In this document: positions 8,918 to 18,330 of the stretch, piece by piece | Position numbering within the stretch: position 1 is the stretch's first letter | Layout of the letters: each line of letters starts with the position of its first letter | IMG/VR virus record: IMGVR_UViG_3300025018_000023 | Location: 1-47,508 of that record | Length of the DNA: 47,508 bases | Direction: 5' to 3' (one strand) | Source of the DNA: a virus | Taxonomy: Duplodnaviria; Caudoviricetes | Made by a program: the position numbers and the translations under genes | The notes under the pieces: model-generated | The model's input: only the letters and a program-made list of their open reading frames with translations | Told to the model about the DNA's origin: nothing | Databases searched by the model: none

Positions 8918-9469
8918 ATGCATCTTACTGAATGCCCGATGGAGATCGACAACCTCGTCATCAAAGAGGTCTACGAGCTGGAGCGCCCCGACAAGGAGGC
9001 GCAAACGCTGGTGAGCCTGCGCCTCAAGCTCAAGCTCCACCTTGAGTCACGCGAGCACGTCTTAGCGGTTTATCCCGAGCTAGAGAGCGCCATCGAGCAG
9101 CTGCTTGATACGGCCTTCGAGCGCGAGGATGACAAGAGCGTCGAGCTCTCCATCACGCCCGAGGACGAGGCCTATACATGGCAGCTCAAAGGCGACGAGC
9201 GCGAGGTCACCTTGGCCGAGGCCCGCATCACAGGGCGGCCTAAGCTCTCGCTGGGCTTAAACTGCAAGCTCGGCCTCACGCTCAAGACGCTGTGCACCCT
9301 CGAGACGATGCAGCAGCTGCTCGTGCTCTACACCGATGGCGAGCTCTTCGTGACCACGAGCGTCAACCAGCTCGACTTGTTCGCGCAGGATACTGGCATC
9401 ACAAGTGCCACATTCGCATTCAACGGCCAGGAGCCCGTCACCATCTATGGCAAGGGAGGCCGCGCATGA
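8918..9469 (+). CDS. Hypothetical protein
   Basis: AAGGAG RBS; 183 aa. Confidence 0.75.
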   Translation: MHLTECPMEIDNLVIKEVYELERPDKEAQTLVSLRLKLKLHLESREHVLAVYPELESAIEQLLDTAFEREDDKSVELSITPEDEAYTWQLKGDEREVTLAEARITGRPKLSLGLNCKLGLTLKTLCTLETMQQLLVLYTDGELFVTTSVNQLDLFAQDTGITSATFAFNGQEPVTIYGKGGRA

Positions 9470-10059
9470 GCAGCCTCTTCCTCTCCCGCACAAGCGGCTC
9501 TTGGCTCCAGATTGGCTATGATGCCAAGGCCCAAAGCCTTAACGTGCGCACCCATCACAGCGCGCGCCAGGAGGCGCCGATGGCGCTGGCTCAAGAGCAG
9601 GTCAACGCGCTCTTTGAGCTGGTGGGACGGCGCTGGAAGCTCCACGGCGAAGACCTCGGGCTGGCGGAGGTGGTGCAGATGGGCGAGCGCCTCTTGCACC
9701 CTGGACGCACGCGCGTGGTCAACAAGCACCACGGGCCTTGGAGCGCCGATATTATGCGCGGCTCCGAGCGCCATCCTCGGCGCTGGGGCAACCCCTCCCC
9801 GCTCAAGTCCAGGCATCCTCGCGATGTGGTCGAGTGCCTCTTGGCGCACGCCCGCCACGTCAAGGCCTCGGGGCTGCTTGAGCACATCCACGAGCTGCGC
9901 GGCGAGGTCTTAGGCTGCGTCTGCAAGCCCGCGCGCTGTCATGGCGACACGCTCGCGCGCCTGGCTGATGCGCCCTGCCCCGAGGTCGAACTCGACGAGA
10001 TCCTGCGAGAGCTTGAGGCCGAGCTTGAGACGATCCCCAAACAAGCGAGGCTCTTATGA
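9466..10059 (+). CDS. DUF4326-like domain protein
   Basis: RVVNK...R...WGNP and ELRGEVLGCVCKPARCHGDTL motifs. Confidence 0.8.
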   Translation: MSSLFLSRTSGSWLQIGYDAKAQSLNVRTHHSARQEAPMALAQEQVNALFELVGRRWKLHGEDLGLAEVVQMGERLLHPGRTRVVNKHHGPWSADIMRGSERHPRRWGNPSPLKSRHPRDVVECLLAHARHVKASGLLEHIHELRGEVLGCVCKPARCHGDTLARLADAPCPEVELDEILRELEAELETIPKQARLL

Positions 10060-10292
10060 CCCAGCTCGCGCTCGATCAATGCTGGTCCATCCCCGAGGGC
10101 GACGCCTCGGGCTGGCAACTGCGCTGCGTCTGTGGGTCGCCTCGGCTCGTGGTGCAGGATCTGCCGCCTCAAGAGCGCTGGCAGACCCGACGCACCTTCT
10201 GCCCCGACTGCAAGGCCAAGCATGAGTACCGCTGGCATCCCGATCCCAAGGTGCGCCGGCAGGCCGAGCTGTCCAAGGAGCTGGCGCGATGA
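10056..10292 (+). CDS. Small Zn-ribbon protein
   Basis: CVCG and CPDC; coupled on both sides. Confidence 0.65.
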   Translation: MTQLALDQCWSIPEGDASGWQLRCVCGSPRLVVQDLPPQERWQTRRTFCPDCKAKHEYRWHPDPKVRRQAELSKELAR

Positions 10293-11932
10293 AGACTCCA
10301 CGCACATGTCTTAGCCTCTTTTGCGGCCTCGGCGGCGGCGCCAGGGGCTTCGCGCAGGCAGGATGGCACACGGTGGGCGTTGACTTGGACGAGGCCGCGC
10401 TCGCGGACTACCGCACGCTCACAGGTCATCCCGCTCACACGCTCGATCTGTCTACGGCCACGCCCGAGCAGCTGCGCGCCTGCGTCGGCACCGCGCCCGA
10501 TGTCCTCTTGACCAGCCCCCCATGCCAGGCCTTCTCGGGATGCCTTCCGTTGAGCGCCGCGCGCACCGCCCCTTACCAAGAGCTCTCGAGCTTGGCCGAG
10601 CGAGGCATTTGGTTAGCGCTTGAGGCCTGGCCCGACGCGCCACCGAGGTTAATCCTGCTGGAGAACGTGCCGCGCATCCTCTCTCGCGGCAGGGCCTGGT
10701 TGGATGCGGTCGCCTCCATGTTGCGCGCGTATGGTTACGCCTGGCGAGAGACCACGCATGACTGCGCCGAGCTAGGAGGGCTGGCCCAACACCGCAGACG
10801 GTTCCTTGGCGTCGCGCGCCTTCAACGCTGCCCCGAAGCGCCTGAGCGCGTCGTCGAAGAGCTGCTCTATGAGCCTCCCCACCAGCGCATCAAGAGCGTG
10901 GGCGAGGTGCTCGGCGCGCTCCCTGTGCCAGGGCCTTGGGCCAATGGGCAAGGCGGACGCCTCCACGAGCTCTCCCAGCTCTCGCCCTTAAACTGGCTGC
11001 GGCTGGCCTTGATCCCTGCGGGCAAGGATTGGAGGGCGCTGCCTGAGCGCGTCAAGCTCATCACAGGAGCGCTTGACGCCCGCAGCACATGCTCACGACG
11101 CGAAGGCGCCTTGGGCGTAACCAGCTGGGAGGGACACACCCACGCGGTCATCGGCGCCGCGAGCCCGCAGAACACAAGCCTTCAAGTGGCTGACCCGAGG
11201 TTAACGCCTCGGGCCGCTCGCCAAAATGGCGGCTATGGCGTGGGCCAATGGAACGAGGCCGCGCACGCTGTCTTGGCCACCTCACAGGTGGGCGTCAGCT
11301 GGTCAAGCCTGGCAGACCCAAGGCTTGCGCACAGCTCGCGCAAGGGCAACTTCGGCGTCTGCGGCTGGCAAGCTCACGCCAGCACCGTCATTGGTGCATC
11401 GAGCGCCTATCATGGCCAAGTCATGGCAGACCCCAGGCTTGGGTGTGAGCCACGTGCCGGCGCTTATGGCGTCGCCCAATGGACCACGCCCTCGGCCACC
11501 GTGGTGGGCTCGGCTCAACACGACAACAGCGCGGTCAGCGTCGCAGATGAACGAGGCTGGCCCTCCCCCACGCACGAGCTGCGCGAGATCGATGGCGAGC
11601 TCTGCCTGTTTGGTCCGCCCCTTGACATGACCTCCAAGGCCCGCGCCCTCTTGGTCATCCGCGCGCTTGATGGGACGTGGCATAGGCCGATGACGACGCT
11701 TGAGCTGGCCGCGCTCCAATCTCTGCCCACCAGGCTTGATGACCAATGGCTTGAGCTAGAGGGCCGCTCACACCGAGGCTGGCGCCAGCGCATCGGTAAC
11801 GCCATCCCGAGCGCGACGGCCTGCGCCATCGCGCAAAGCATGATGCGCACGCTTGATGCCTCCGACGCCCACCACCTGCTGCTCTCAGCCTCGGCCCGCT
11901 GGGTCGCCCCACTTGAGGAGGCCACATGGTAG
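10289..11932 (+). CDS. C5 cytosine DNA methyltransferase with repeated variable region
   Basis: Motif I LFCGLGG, IV SPPCQAFS, VI ENVP, VIII QHRRR, X IGNAIP. Confidence 0.93.
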   Translation: MKTPRTCLSLFCGLGGGARGFAQAGWHTVGVDLDEAALADYRTLTGHPAHTLDLSTATPEQLRACVGTAPDVLLTSPPCQAFSGCLPLSAARTAPYQELSSLAERGIWLALEAWPDAPPRLILLENVPRILSRGRAWLDAVASMLRAYGYAWRETTHDCAELGGLAQHRRRFLGVARLQRCPEAPERVVEELLYEPPHQRIKSVGEVLGALPVPGPWANGQGGRLHELSQLSPLNWLRLALIPAGKDWRALPERVKLITGALDARSTCSRREGALGVTSWEGHTHAVIGAASPQNTSLQVADPRLTPRAARQNGGYGVGQWNEAAHAVLATSQVGVSWSSLADPRLAHSSRKGNFGVCGWQAHASTVIGASSAYHGQVMADPRLGCEPRAGAYGVAQWTTPSATVVGSAQHDNSAVSVADERGWPSPTHELREIDGELCLFGPPLDMTSKARALLVIRALDGTWHRPMTTLELAALQSLPTRLDDQWLELEGRSHRGWRQRIGNAIPSATACAIAQSMMRTLDASDAHHLLLSASARWVAPLEEATW

Positions 11933-12147
11933 AGCGCGTCTATCTGGCAGGCCGCATGGCGCTCGGAGATCGCGCGCCTGCACAGCCCGAAGACATAGGC
12001 CTGATCGCCATCTTCCTCTTTCTCGTCCTTGCTTTGAGCTTAGGCCAGCAGGCCTGGCCTGCCTGGCCCAGCGCGCGAGCCCGCTCAAGTCCTCTAGGCC
12101 AGCTCGATCTCACCGATCCATCACCCTATCCTGCCAAGGAGCACGCC

Positions 12148-12366
12148 ATGACTCAAGAGATCACCGAAGCCCCACAAGAGACGCCCCAGCTCGATCCCAA
12201 CGCCTGCCATCTCTGCAAGGAGGTGTTCGGTGCAGATGGTCCCAGCTCAAGCCTCACCTTCGAAAAGGCTGGGCCAGAGGGCAGCGACATCGAAGTGCCG
12301 CTCTGCACGGATTGCGCGCTCAACCTTCTGGACGAACTCGCAGAATCCCAAAGGAGAGCGCTATGA
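12148..12366 (+). CDS. Small Zn-finger protein
   Basis: AAGGAG RBS; CHLC and CTDC; the frame is open from 11926. Confidence 0.65.
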   Translation: MTQEITEAPQETPQLDPNACHLCKEVFGADGPSSSLTFEKAGPEGSDIEVPLCTDCALNLLDELAESQRRAL

Positions 12367-12686
12367 CCCAAGAACTCACCCCCGAGATCAACGACCGCCT
12401 GGTGGTCTGCTCCGACTGCGGCGCCACCATCGACCGCGCTTATGCCCAGCCCTTTCTCGCGATGCAGCAAGAGGGCCAGGTGCTCGATATGCGGCGACGC
12501 TTCGTCTGCCTAGATCGGGTCCGATGCAAAGAGCGGGGACCCATCGCCCAGAGCGCCGAGGAACTGCGTGCCGACCTCGAGGCGGCGCAGACCGTCATCG
12601 AGGAACTCAAGGCCCAGCTTAAGCAAACTAAAGAAGAGCTCGCGCTCGCACGCCAGGCTCTCCCAACTCAAGAGGCCGCGCGATGA
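12363..12686 (+). CDS. Zn-finger plus coiled-coil protein
   Basis: AAGGAG RBS; CSDC...CLDRVRC; C-terminal heptads. Confidence 0.65.
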   Translation: MTQELTPEINDRLVVCSDCGATIDRAYAQPFLAMQQEGQVLDMRRRFVCLDRVRCKERGPIAQSAEELRADLEAAQTVIEELKAQLKQTKEELALARQALPTQEAAR

Positions 12687-13105
12687 CATCACTGGAACGA
12701 ACCGCCAACACCAGAGGCGTGCTCTTGCAGCTCGCAGACGTGCAAAGAGAGGTGAAGGCCGAAGCGCTCGACTTCACCATGCGCTTCGAGGTCGTGGCCC
12801 AGCCGACGCCCCGCCCCACCCCGGAGGCCTTCGAGGTCCAGGCCCTTGACCACATCGCTCAAAGAGCAAGCTGGCATGTGGGAGTTGATGGGCTCTCTTT
12901 AGACGAGATGGCTCACGCAGCAACCCTTGAAGCCAACGAGCTGCGCGACATCATCAGACGTGGCGGCAGACCAAGCGCCAGACGCGCCATCGCCCTTGAG
13001 CTTGCCCTGGCACGCATGGCTGCACAGTCGTTGGCCGCACATCTCGCGCGCGTTTATGGCCAGCCGAGCGCGCTTGGCGCGATGTATGGAGCCCGCTATG
13101 AGTAA
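12683..13105 (+). CDS. Hypothetical protein (possible HTH)
   Basis: Coupled start; GLSLDEMAHAATLEANELRDII. Confidence 0.6.
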   Translation: MTSLERTANTRGVLLQLADVQREVKAEALDFTMRFEVVAQPTPRPTPEAFEVQALDHIAQRASWHVGVDGLSLDEMAHAATLEANELRDIIRRGGRPSARRAIALELALARMAAQSLAAHLARVYGQPSALGAMYGARYE

Positions 13106-13364
13106 GCCGACACCTCAGCGCTGCCGCTCCTGCGGGGCCTCGATCTATTGGGCCACCAGCGACGCCACAGGCCGCGCCATGATCATCGACGCCGAGCCCG
13201 TCTCGCACGGCAACGTCCTGCTCACGCTGATGCTCGCCACGGGCAAGCTGAGCGCCCAGGTGCTCGGCAAGGATGCTCAGGTCGAGCCTGGCCGCAACCG
13301 ATACACCTCTCATCACGCCACATGCCCGAATGCGGACCAACATCGGAGGAGAGCTCGTGGATAG
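13098..13364 (+). CDS. Small Cys/His-rich phage protein
   Basis: CRSCGASIYW...SHHATCP, a pattern common in phage early regions. Confidence 0.7.
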   Translation: MSKPTPQRCRSCGASIYWATSDATGRAMIIDAEPVSHGNVLLTLMLATGKLSAQVLGKDAQVEPGRNRYTSHHATCPNADQHRRRARG

Positions 13365-13845
13365 CCCCTATCTGACCGCCGAGGAAGCTGCTGCCTATCT
13401 TCGCCTCACCCTGGAGGGACTGCATTATCACATCCGCACAGGCTCGCTTAAGCCTACGGGGAGACGCGGGCAAGGCTGCTACCTCTTTAAGCGCGACACC
13501 TTAGATGCCTGGGTCGCCGCTTGCCTTGAAGACACGATCAGAGAGAAAAAGGGACCGACCCCTGACGAGGTCGATCCCTTATCCCAAAGAGGGATTGATG
13601 CAAAAGACACAATATCCCGGCGTCGAGATCGATGCCACGGGCAAAATCAAACTCACGGTCACAGCCATGTGCCCACGTACACAGAAACGGCTCTACAAGA
13701 GGAAGACGCTCCCCGCAGGGACCCCTCTCGAAGACGCCCACACCATCAAGGAGGAGCTCAAGCGGCAGCTGATCCGAGACGCCGAGGAGCCCACCCGGCC
13801 AAGGATTATGCTGGCTGGCTACGCCAAGACGTGGATCGAGGCTAA
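13357..13845 (+). CDS. xis: Excisionase-like HTH_17 protein with an extended tail overlapping int
   Basis: YLTAEEAAAYLRLT...YLFKRDTLDAW; GGAGG RBS; directly upstream of the integrase. Confidence 0.75.
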   Translation: MDSPYLTAEEAAAYLRLTLEGLHYHIRTGSLKPTGRRGQGCYLFKRDTLDAWVAACLEDTIREKKGPTPDEVDPLSQRGIDAKDTISRRRDRCHGQNQTHGHSHVPTYTETALQEEDAPRRDPSRRRPHHQGGAQAAADPRRRGAHPAKDYAGWLRQDVDRG

Positions 13846-14719
13846 GATCAAGCGCCTTAAGCCACGCGCGCAGAGCACTTACATCTGCGCGCTGGAGTAT
13901 CATATCCTGCCCCAGCTTGGAGATATCTACGTCGACGCGTTCATTCGCGCAGATGTAGAGAGCTGGGTCGCGTGGGCAGAAGCCCAGCTCAAGGAGGATG
14001 GCACCCCCTACTCATCCCATACGCTCAAAGGCTGGTGGCGCGTCTTAAAGATGTTGCTCCAAGACGCTGCGGCAGACTTCAACATCCCTGATCCCACCTC
14101 CCGCGTCAGGCCACCGCAGACCTTCACTAAGCCGAGGCGAGAGAAGATGACGCTCTCAGCGGTGCAGCTGCAGGGCTTGCTCGCGGCGATGGAGCACCTT
14201 GATGCCTCAAGGGCGCTCGAAGCTAAGATGTTGGCCTATACAGGGATGCGCGTGGGCGAGCTCTACGCGCTGCATTGGGATGACGTCGAGGGTGAGACGC
14301 TTCATGTTCGGCGCTCCGTCAGCCAAGGCCACATCACCACGACAAAGACCGGGGTGGGCAGGATGATCTATCTGCCCGCCGAGCTTCAGCAGCTGCTCTT
14401 CGCGCACCGTGCAAGCCTCATCAAGGCGCAGCACATCGGCTTGGAGGCGGGGCTGATCTTCCCTTCAGATCAAGGCACGCCTCGAACGCCCTCCTACCTC
14501 TCCAAGCTGCTCAAAGAGGCAGCGCAGCTTGCCCAGATCCCCATCCAAGTCTCGCCGCAGGTCTTGAGGCGCACCTTTAACACGCTGCTGGTGATGGCGG
14601 GCGTAGACAGGATCGTCCTGCGCGCCCAGATGGGACACACGACCGAGGCGATGACGGAGCGCTATGCAGGCGTCCCCTTGGAGCGCAAGAAGCAAGCCTT
14701 CGAGAAGGTGTTCCAATGA
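13598..14719 (+). CDS. int: Tyrosine integrase
   Basis: TGMRVGEL, TKT, QVLRRTF (HxxR variant), MGH, TERY; adjacent attP. Confidence 0.93.
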   Translation: MQKTQYPGVEIDATGKIKLTVTAMCPRTQKRLYKRKTLPAGTPLEDAHTIKEELKRQLIRDAEEPTRPRIMLAGYAKTWIEAKIKRLKPRAQSTYICALEYHILPQLGDIYVDAFIRADVESWVAWAEAQLKEDGTPYSSHTLKGWWRVLKMLLQDAAADFNIPDPTSRVRPPQTFTKPRREKMTLSAVQLQGLLAAMEHLDASRALEAKMLAYTGMRVGELYALHWDDVEGETLHVRRSVSQGHITTTKTGVGRMIYLPAELQQLLFAHRASLIKAQHIGLEAGLIFPSDQGTPRTPSYLSKLLKEAAQLAQIPIQVSPQVLRRTFNTLLVMAGVDRIVLRAQMGHTTEAMTERYAGVPLERKKQAFEKVFQ

Positions 14720-14794
14720 GGCCCGATGTTGCTCTTATGTTGCACCCCAGATCGCGATGTTGCACTTTTCGGGGTGCAACATCACCCAAGAACG

Positions 14795-14825
14795 ACAAAA
14801 CCCCGCTTAAACAGCGGGGTTTTGT
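14795..14825 (-). terminator. Terminator for the reconstituted tRNA (possibly bidirectional)
   Basis: ACAAAACCCCGCT-taaac-AGCGGGGTTTTGT, 13-bp stem. Confidence 0.85.
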
Positions 14826-14827
14826 GA

Positions 14828-14870
14828 AGCCGATAGCCGGACTTGAACCGGCGACCTACGCATTACGAAT
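14828..14870 (-). other. att core: 3' half of tRNA-Thr(CGT)
   Basis: Reverse complement ATTCGTAATGCGTAGGTCGCCGGTTCAAGTCCGGCTATCGGCT gives anticodon loop CGT, T-arm and 3' acceptor strand; no 5' half present. Confidence 0.88.
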
Positions 14871-15057
14871 CTGAGCAAGGCTCACTGCAACATGCCGCTC
14901 CCCCGCACTCCGTATAGAAAACACCGCTAAACAGATCGCCCTCGTCAGGGGCCTTTGTGGGAGAGATGTTGCACTTGGTGTTGCACCCTCTTGGGGCGAT
15001 GTTGCACTTCTGGGGGAGGATTCTAGCAGTCCAGCTTTGGCTGACCTAAAGACTCGC

Positions 15058-15996
15058 TCATGGACGACTCAGACTCCATGCCAGTTCTTGGACGCGGAGA
15101 TCCGCAGCCGTCAAGCTGACCTTAAATTGCGTTGCCACAAGCTCAACCAAGGAACGATCCTCACGATCAGAGTCTATTTTTTGGATGAAGTTCCTCACCG
15201 CATCTAATGGCATTAAGAAGGCTGCGGCCCACACATTTGCCTGCCATTCAGGGTTTTCAAAGGGCTTCACCTCGGGGTTAGCCATCGTGGCGGTTAGCGT
15301 GCTGTCCCGAAACATCTGGCGCCCCCCATTTTGGATGAGCAGCTCATGATGCAAGATTCCATGAGCAAGTTCGTGGGCCGCCGAGAACCTAGCGCGTCCC
15401 ATATCACGCTTGGCCTGATTGAAGACATCCTCCCTAAGCTGAACACAGATTACATCCTCCTCAGAATCATAGAAGGTCTTCCCCTCAACAGAATCATCAG
15501 CCTTAGAAGGGAAGTGTCCCGCCTCTATACGAGGGAGCTGTTTATCCGAGAAGCTGAGCAGGCCAGGCGCGTCGTAGATATGCATCACAGGAATCCAAGA
15601 GCCCTCTTCAACTTTCCTTGCAAACAGGGTCTTTGCGAGAGTCTCGGCATCCTTCTGGATTGCTTTGCGCGTCATAGGAGCGGCTATCATTCCCCCCTCC
15701 TCTTGCTGCTGGCTTGCGATCATATGTGAGCTCATCAAATCTAACGCCCGCTCCTGAGTGGAAGGCAGCTGATTACGAGATGCTAAGTAGGCGGAGCAGA
15801 GTTGAGAGACATCAACTTGTAGAATGTAGGCGAGTTGAGTCACCAGCTCTAAACCGTCCGGCAGAGTTCGTCCCTTCTCCAAATCGTAGATCTGATTTTT
15901 TGAGCGTCCCACACGCTCTCCAAGCTCCGCCATTGTGAGCTTGCACTCTTGGCGAGCATCTCGCACCATATCACCAAAGCTATTATTATTCAGCAT
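15058..15996 (-). CDS. XRE HTH fused to ImmA/IrrE-type Zn metallopeptidase
   Basis: LTMAELGERVGRSKNQIYDLEKG; RARFSAAHELAH; EWQANVWAAAFLMP. Confidence 0.92.
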   Translation of the reverse strand: MLNNNSFGDMVRDARQECKLTMAELGERVGRSKNQIYDLEKGRTLPDGLELVTQLAYILQVDVSQLCSAYLASRNQLPSTQERALDLMSSHMIASQQQEEGGMIAAPMTRKAIQKDAETLAKTLFARKVEEGSWIPVMHIYDAPGLLSFSDKQLPRIEAGHFPSKADDSVEGKTFYDSEEDVICVQLREDVFNQAKRDMGRARFSAAHELAHGILHHELLIQNGGRQMFRDSTLTATMANPEVKPFENPEWQANVWAAAFLMPLDAVRNFIQKIDSDREDRSLVELVATQFKVSLTAADLRVQELAWSLSRP

Positions 15997-16227
15997 GTTA
16001 CCTCCTTAACACATTTTGATCTTCTACCTTAGCACAATCCACAACACCTCCCAACAACAACCGTGATCGTAAAAAAAAACGACTTGATCCAAAAATAAAA
16101 AAACCCAGGTCTGATTTTTAGATTGACCATTCAAACCAAAGATCAAACACTAAGGTTGTGGAGGATAAGCCTCCACAAGCTAAGCCCACGATGGGCACCA
16201 CAAAACCCCTTAGTTATAGGAGGCTCC

Positions 16228-16464
16228 ATGAGCCAGAAGGGAAAAGTTTGGTCTCGAGGACGAGCTGTCCCAGGGCTAGATCCGAAGATGTATCGCAGGG
16301 ACTCATACGGTCGCGTGATGAACGTCTACCAGTATGGCAACAGACAAAGCGCGTATGGATGGGAGATTGACCATATCCGCCCAGTGTCTAAAGGAGGAGG
16401 AAACCACCTCAGCAATCTCCAACCGCTCAACTGGAAGAGCAATGTCAAGAAGAGCAACAGATGA
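16228..16464 (+). CDS. Small HNH endonuclease
   Basis: GWEIDHIRPVSKGGGNHLSNLQPLNWKSN; GGAGG RBS. Confidence 0.88.
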   Translation: MSQKGKVWSRGRAVPGLDPKMYRRDSYGRVMNVYQYGNRQSAYGWEIDHIRPVSKGGGNHLSNLQPLNWKSNVKKSNR

Positions 16465-16606
16465 ACCCAACGCAGAGAAGCGTGTTGATTGGGTCAACAC
16501 GCTTCTCATTACCAAAACTGCAGCAGCTCCGGCACATGAACTTCTGTATAGCCATGTGTAGTAAAGAGCTGCTCCTACGTCAATCCGTAAGGATTGAGGA
16601 GCATCT

Positions 16607-16843
16607 ATGTCGAAAAAGACAACTCAGTACGATGTCGTCAGATCCAAACCAGGAGAGTGGAGGGTACAAGGTAACAACAACGAGCGCGCCTCATCTATCC
16701 ACTCGACGCAAAAGGCTGCCACTGAGCATGCGAAAGTGCTCGCCACAAACAAAGGTGCCGAGGTGGCGATCCATGGCGTGAATGGCCAAATCCGAGCAAA
16801 ACACACTTACGGTAAGCCTGACCCCCATCCACCAAAAGGCTAA
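16607..16843 (+). CDS. DUF2188-like protein
   Basis: WRV..N.RAS..H.TQK.A...A...EVAIHG.NGQIR...YG.DPHPPKG. Confidence 0.88.
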   Translation: MSKKTTQYDVVRSKPGEWRVQGNNNERASSIHSTQKAATEHAKVLATNKGAEVAIHGVNGQIRAKHTYGKPDPHPPKG

Positions 16844-16850
16844 GCCACAA

Positions 16851-16881
16851 GCAGCCTAGGGCTCACCTAGCCCTAGGCTGC
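16851..16881. terminator. Hairpin between convergent genes
   Basis: 13-bp perfect inverted repeat GCAGCCTAGGGCT / AGCCCTAGGCTGC. Confidence 0.7.
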
Positions 16882-16984
16882 ACCAAAAGAAAGTTTGTTT
16901 GATGGAGTGACGAGGTTGAAAGTATACCATTATGGCAGTGGGAAAAATCTATATTAAAATCTTACGAAGTGTTTCGAGAACTAA

Positions 16985-18061
16985 CTAAACGTAAGAAAGG
17001 TTATGTTGAACTGGACTTTCAAAATCGAAGTTTAACGTACACTGAGCAGACTTGACCGTCTTTAAAGGCAAAGTACACTTCACACTTTTTTCTTGAGCCC
17101 ACAGATCAATAGCATAATTCAACTTCCATTTGGGTGGAAAAAAGGGCTTGGGCAGCTGACCTGTGGGCTTAAAGGACTGCTTAATCCGAGTACGTCCAGA
17201 AACACCTTTGGCATCAGGGTGAGACACTCTTGTATATTTCGAAACCTCACAAAACAGGTTTTGAATATCTATAGGCATTAAAGAGCGTCCCCAGAGATTT
17301 TCAAACTCTGTGTCACAATACCTATTCATTTCTTGCCGTTGATTCTCAGCAAGCCACATAATGATGCGTGTGCAATCTAAAGCACTAGAAACCCCGAAAC
17401 ACTTCGCAACTCCATCAAGAGCTCCAGGGCCAGGCACAACAAACTCGGACTCGTCATGGTCTGTTATAGGACTATAATTAATATCTATCGTATATTGAAA
17501 AGCAAGAAACGGGCCAAATGTAGGCACCTCCAAAAGGAGCTCATACATCCCTTTAAGAGAAGAGCTCATTGAGAGCTTCCGTGGGAGCTTATCCTTTAAC
17601 ATTTTTTGAATGAGAGCGAGGTGCATCTCGTGCTTCACTCCTCCAGCCTTTCCTCCAGATGGCATAATATATGCTCCAGAGTATATTGACGCACCACGCG
17701 CTCGAAGAAGGCTGAGATATCGCGAGCAACGTGCAAAATCAAAGTTGCTGGCCTCGGGTAGACCAAGCTCATCGACCAAGGCCTGCCAAGTCTCAATCTT
17801 GTTAAAGATTTTAAAAAGCATGACGCGCAAAAATAGCGTTTCATCGCTCGCATGAGGGTCTGCGTAAATCATTTTTACTAGGAACTGGCTGACTCGATCC
17901 GATGCTCGGTAGACGTTAGTAAATTTGTATTTTGAGAGAATAGGGTCATCACTCCAAGGGCCTTTATGGCCCTCCAGACGCTTCATATAAATTTCTTGGC
18001 GCTTTGCAGCAAACTGCCAAAAAGTCGGATAAACATCTGTCGGAGTGGGAAGTCGTGTCAT
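16985..18061 (-). CDS. 5-hmdU DNA kinase-like (aGPT-Pplase1 family) protein
   Basis: FWQFAAKRQEIY...PWSDDPILSKYKFTNVYRASDRVSQ, GPFLAFQ, GPGALDG, IDIQNLFCEVSKY; lower GC. Confidence 0.82.
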   Translation of the reverse strand: MTRLPTPTDVYPTFWQFAAKRQEIYMKRLEGHKGPWSDDPILSKYKFTNVYRASDRVSQFLVKMIYADPHASDETLFLRVMLFKIFNKIETWQALVDELGLPEASNFDFARCSRYLSLLRARGASIYSGAYIMPSGGKAGGVKHEMHLALIQKMLKDKLPRKLSMSSSLKGMYELLLEVPTFGPFLAFQYTIDINYSPITDHDESEFVVPGPGALDGVAKCFGVSSALDCTRIIMWLAENQRQEMNRYCDTEFENLWGRSLMPIDIQNLFCEVSKYTRVSHPDAKGVSGRTRIKQSFKPTGQLPKPFFPPKWKLNYAIDLWAQEKSVKCTLPLKTVKSAQCTLNFDFESPVQHNLSYV

Positions 18062-18330
18062 TATTCAGCCATTTTTGAGCGAATGTTTTAATTGTCAGGA
18101 CTGGTTAAAGATCGCATTGCGATTAAATTTAACCTTGACAATCCTATCTGCATTAGATCTTAGAGCATGTCTTACAAAAACAACAAGGGCATTAATAAAC
18201 TCCTCGCCACTTAGCTGGTCGCTCCTTTTTTCCTGTTGCACGCCCCTAGCCCAGTCTGGCATCCTCGGCTCAACCAAAATCCAAACACCCCTCAGGGGGG
18301 AACCCGACCTGACATCCACATGGAGACGTC

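Larger units (their letters stand above)
14725..15007. promoter_or_regulatory. attP region with arm-type repeats (G)ATGTTGCAC
   Basis: About 8 direct or inverted copies near 14725, 14737, 14756, 14774(inv), 14885(inv), 14965, 14977 and 14998, flanking the tRNA core. Confidence 0.85.

Noticed and set aside
13539-13556. GAAAAAG as a -1 slippery site fusing xis to int
   Set aside because: Fusion needs a +1 shift, not -1
14828-14900. Complete tRNA-Thr gene
   Set aside because: Only the anticodon loop to 3' end is present; there is no D-arm or 5' acceptor strand, so it is an att core
18095-18319. 74-aa ORF upstream of the 5hmdU-kinase-like gene
   Set aside because: No RBS or recognisable motif; may be a truncated remnant, but this cannot be supported
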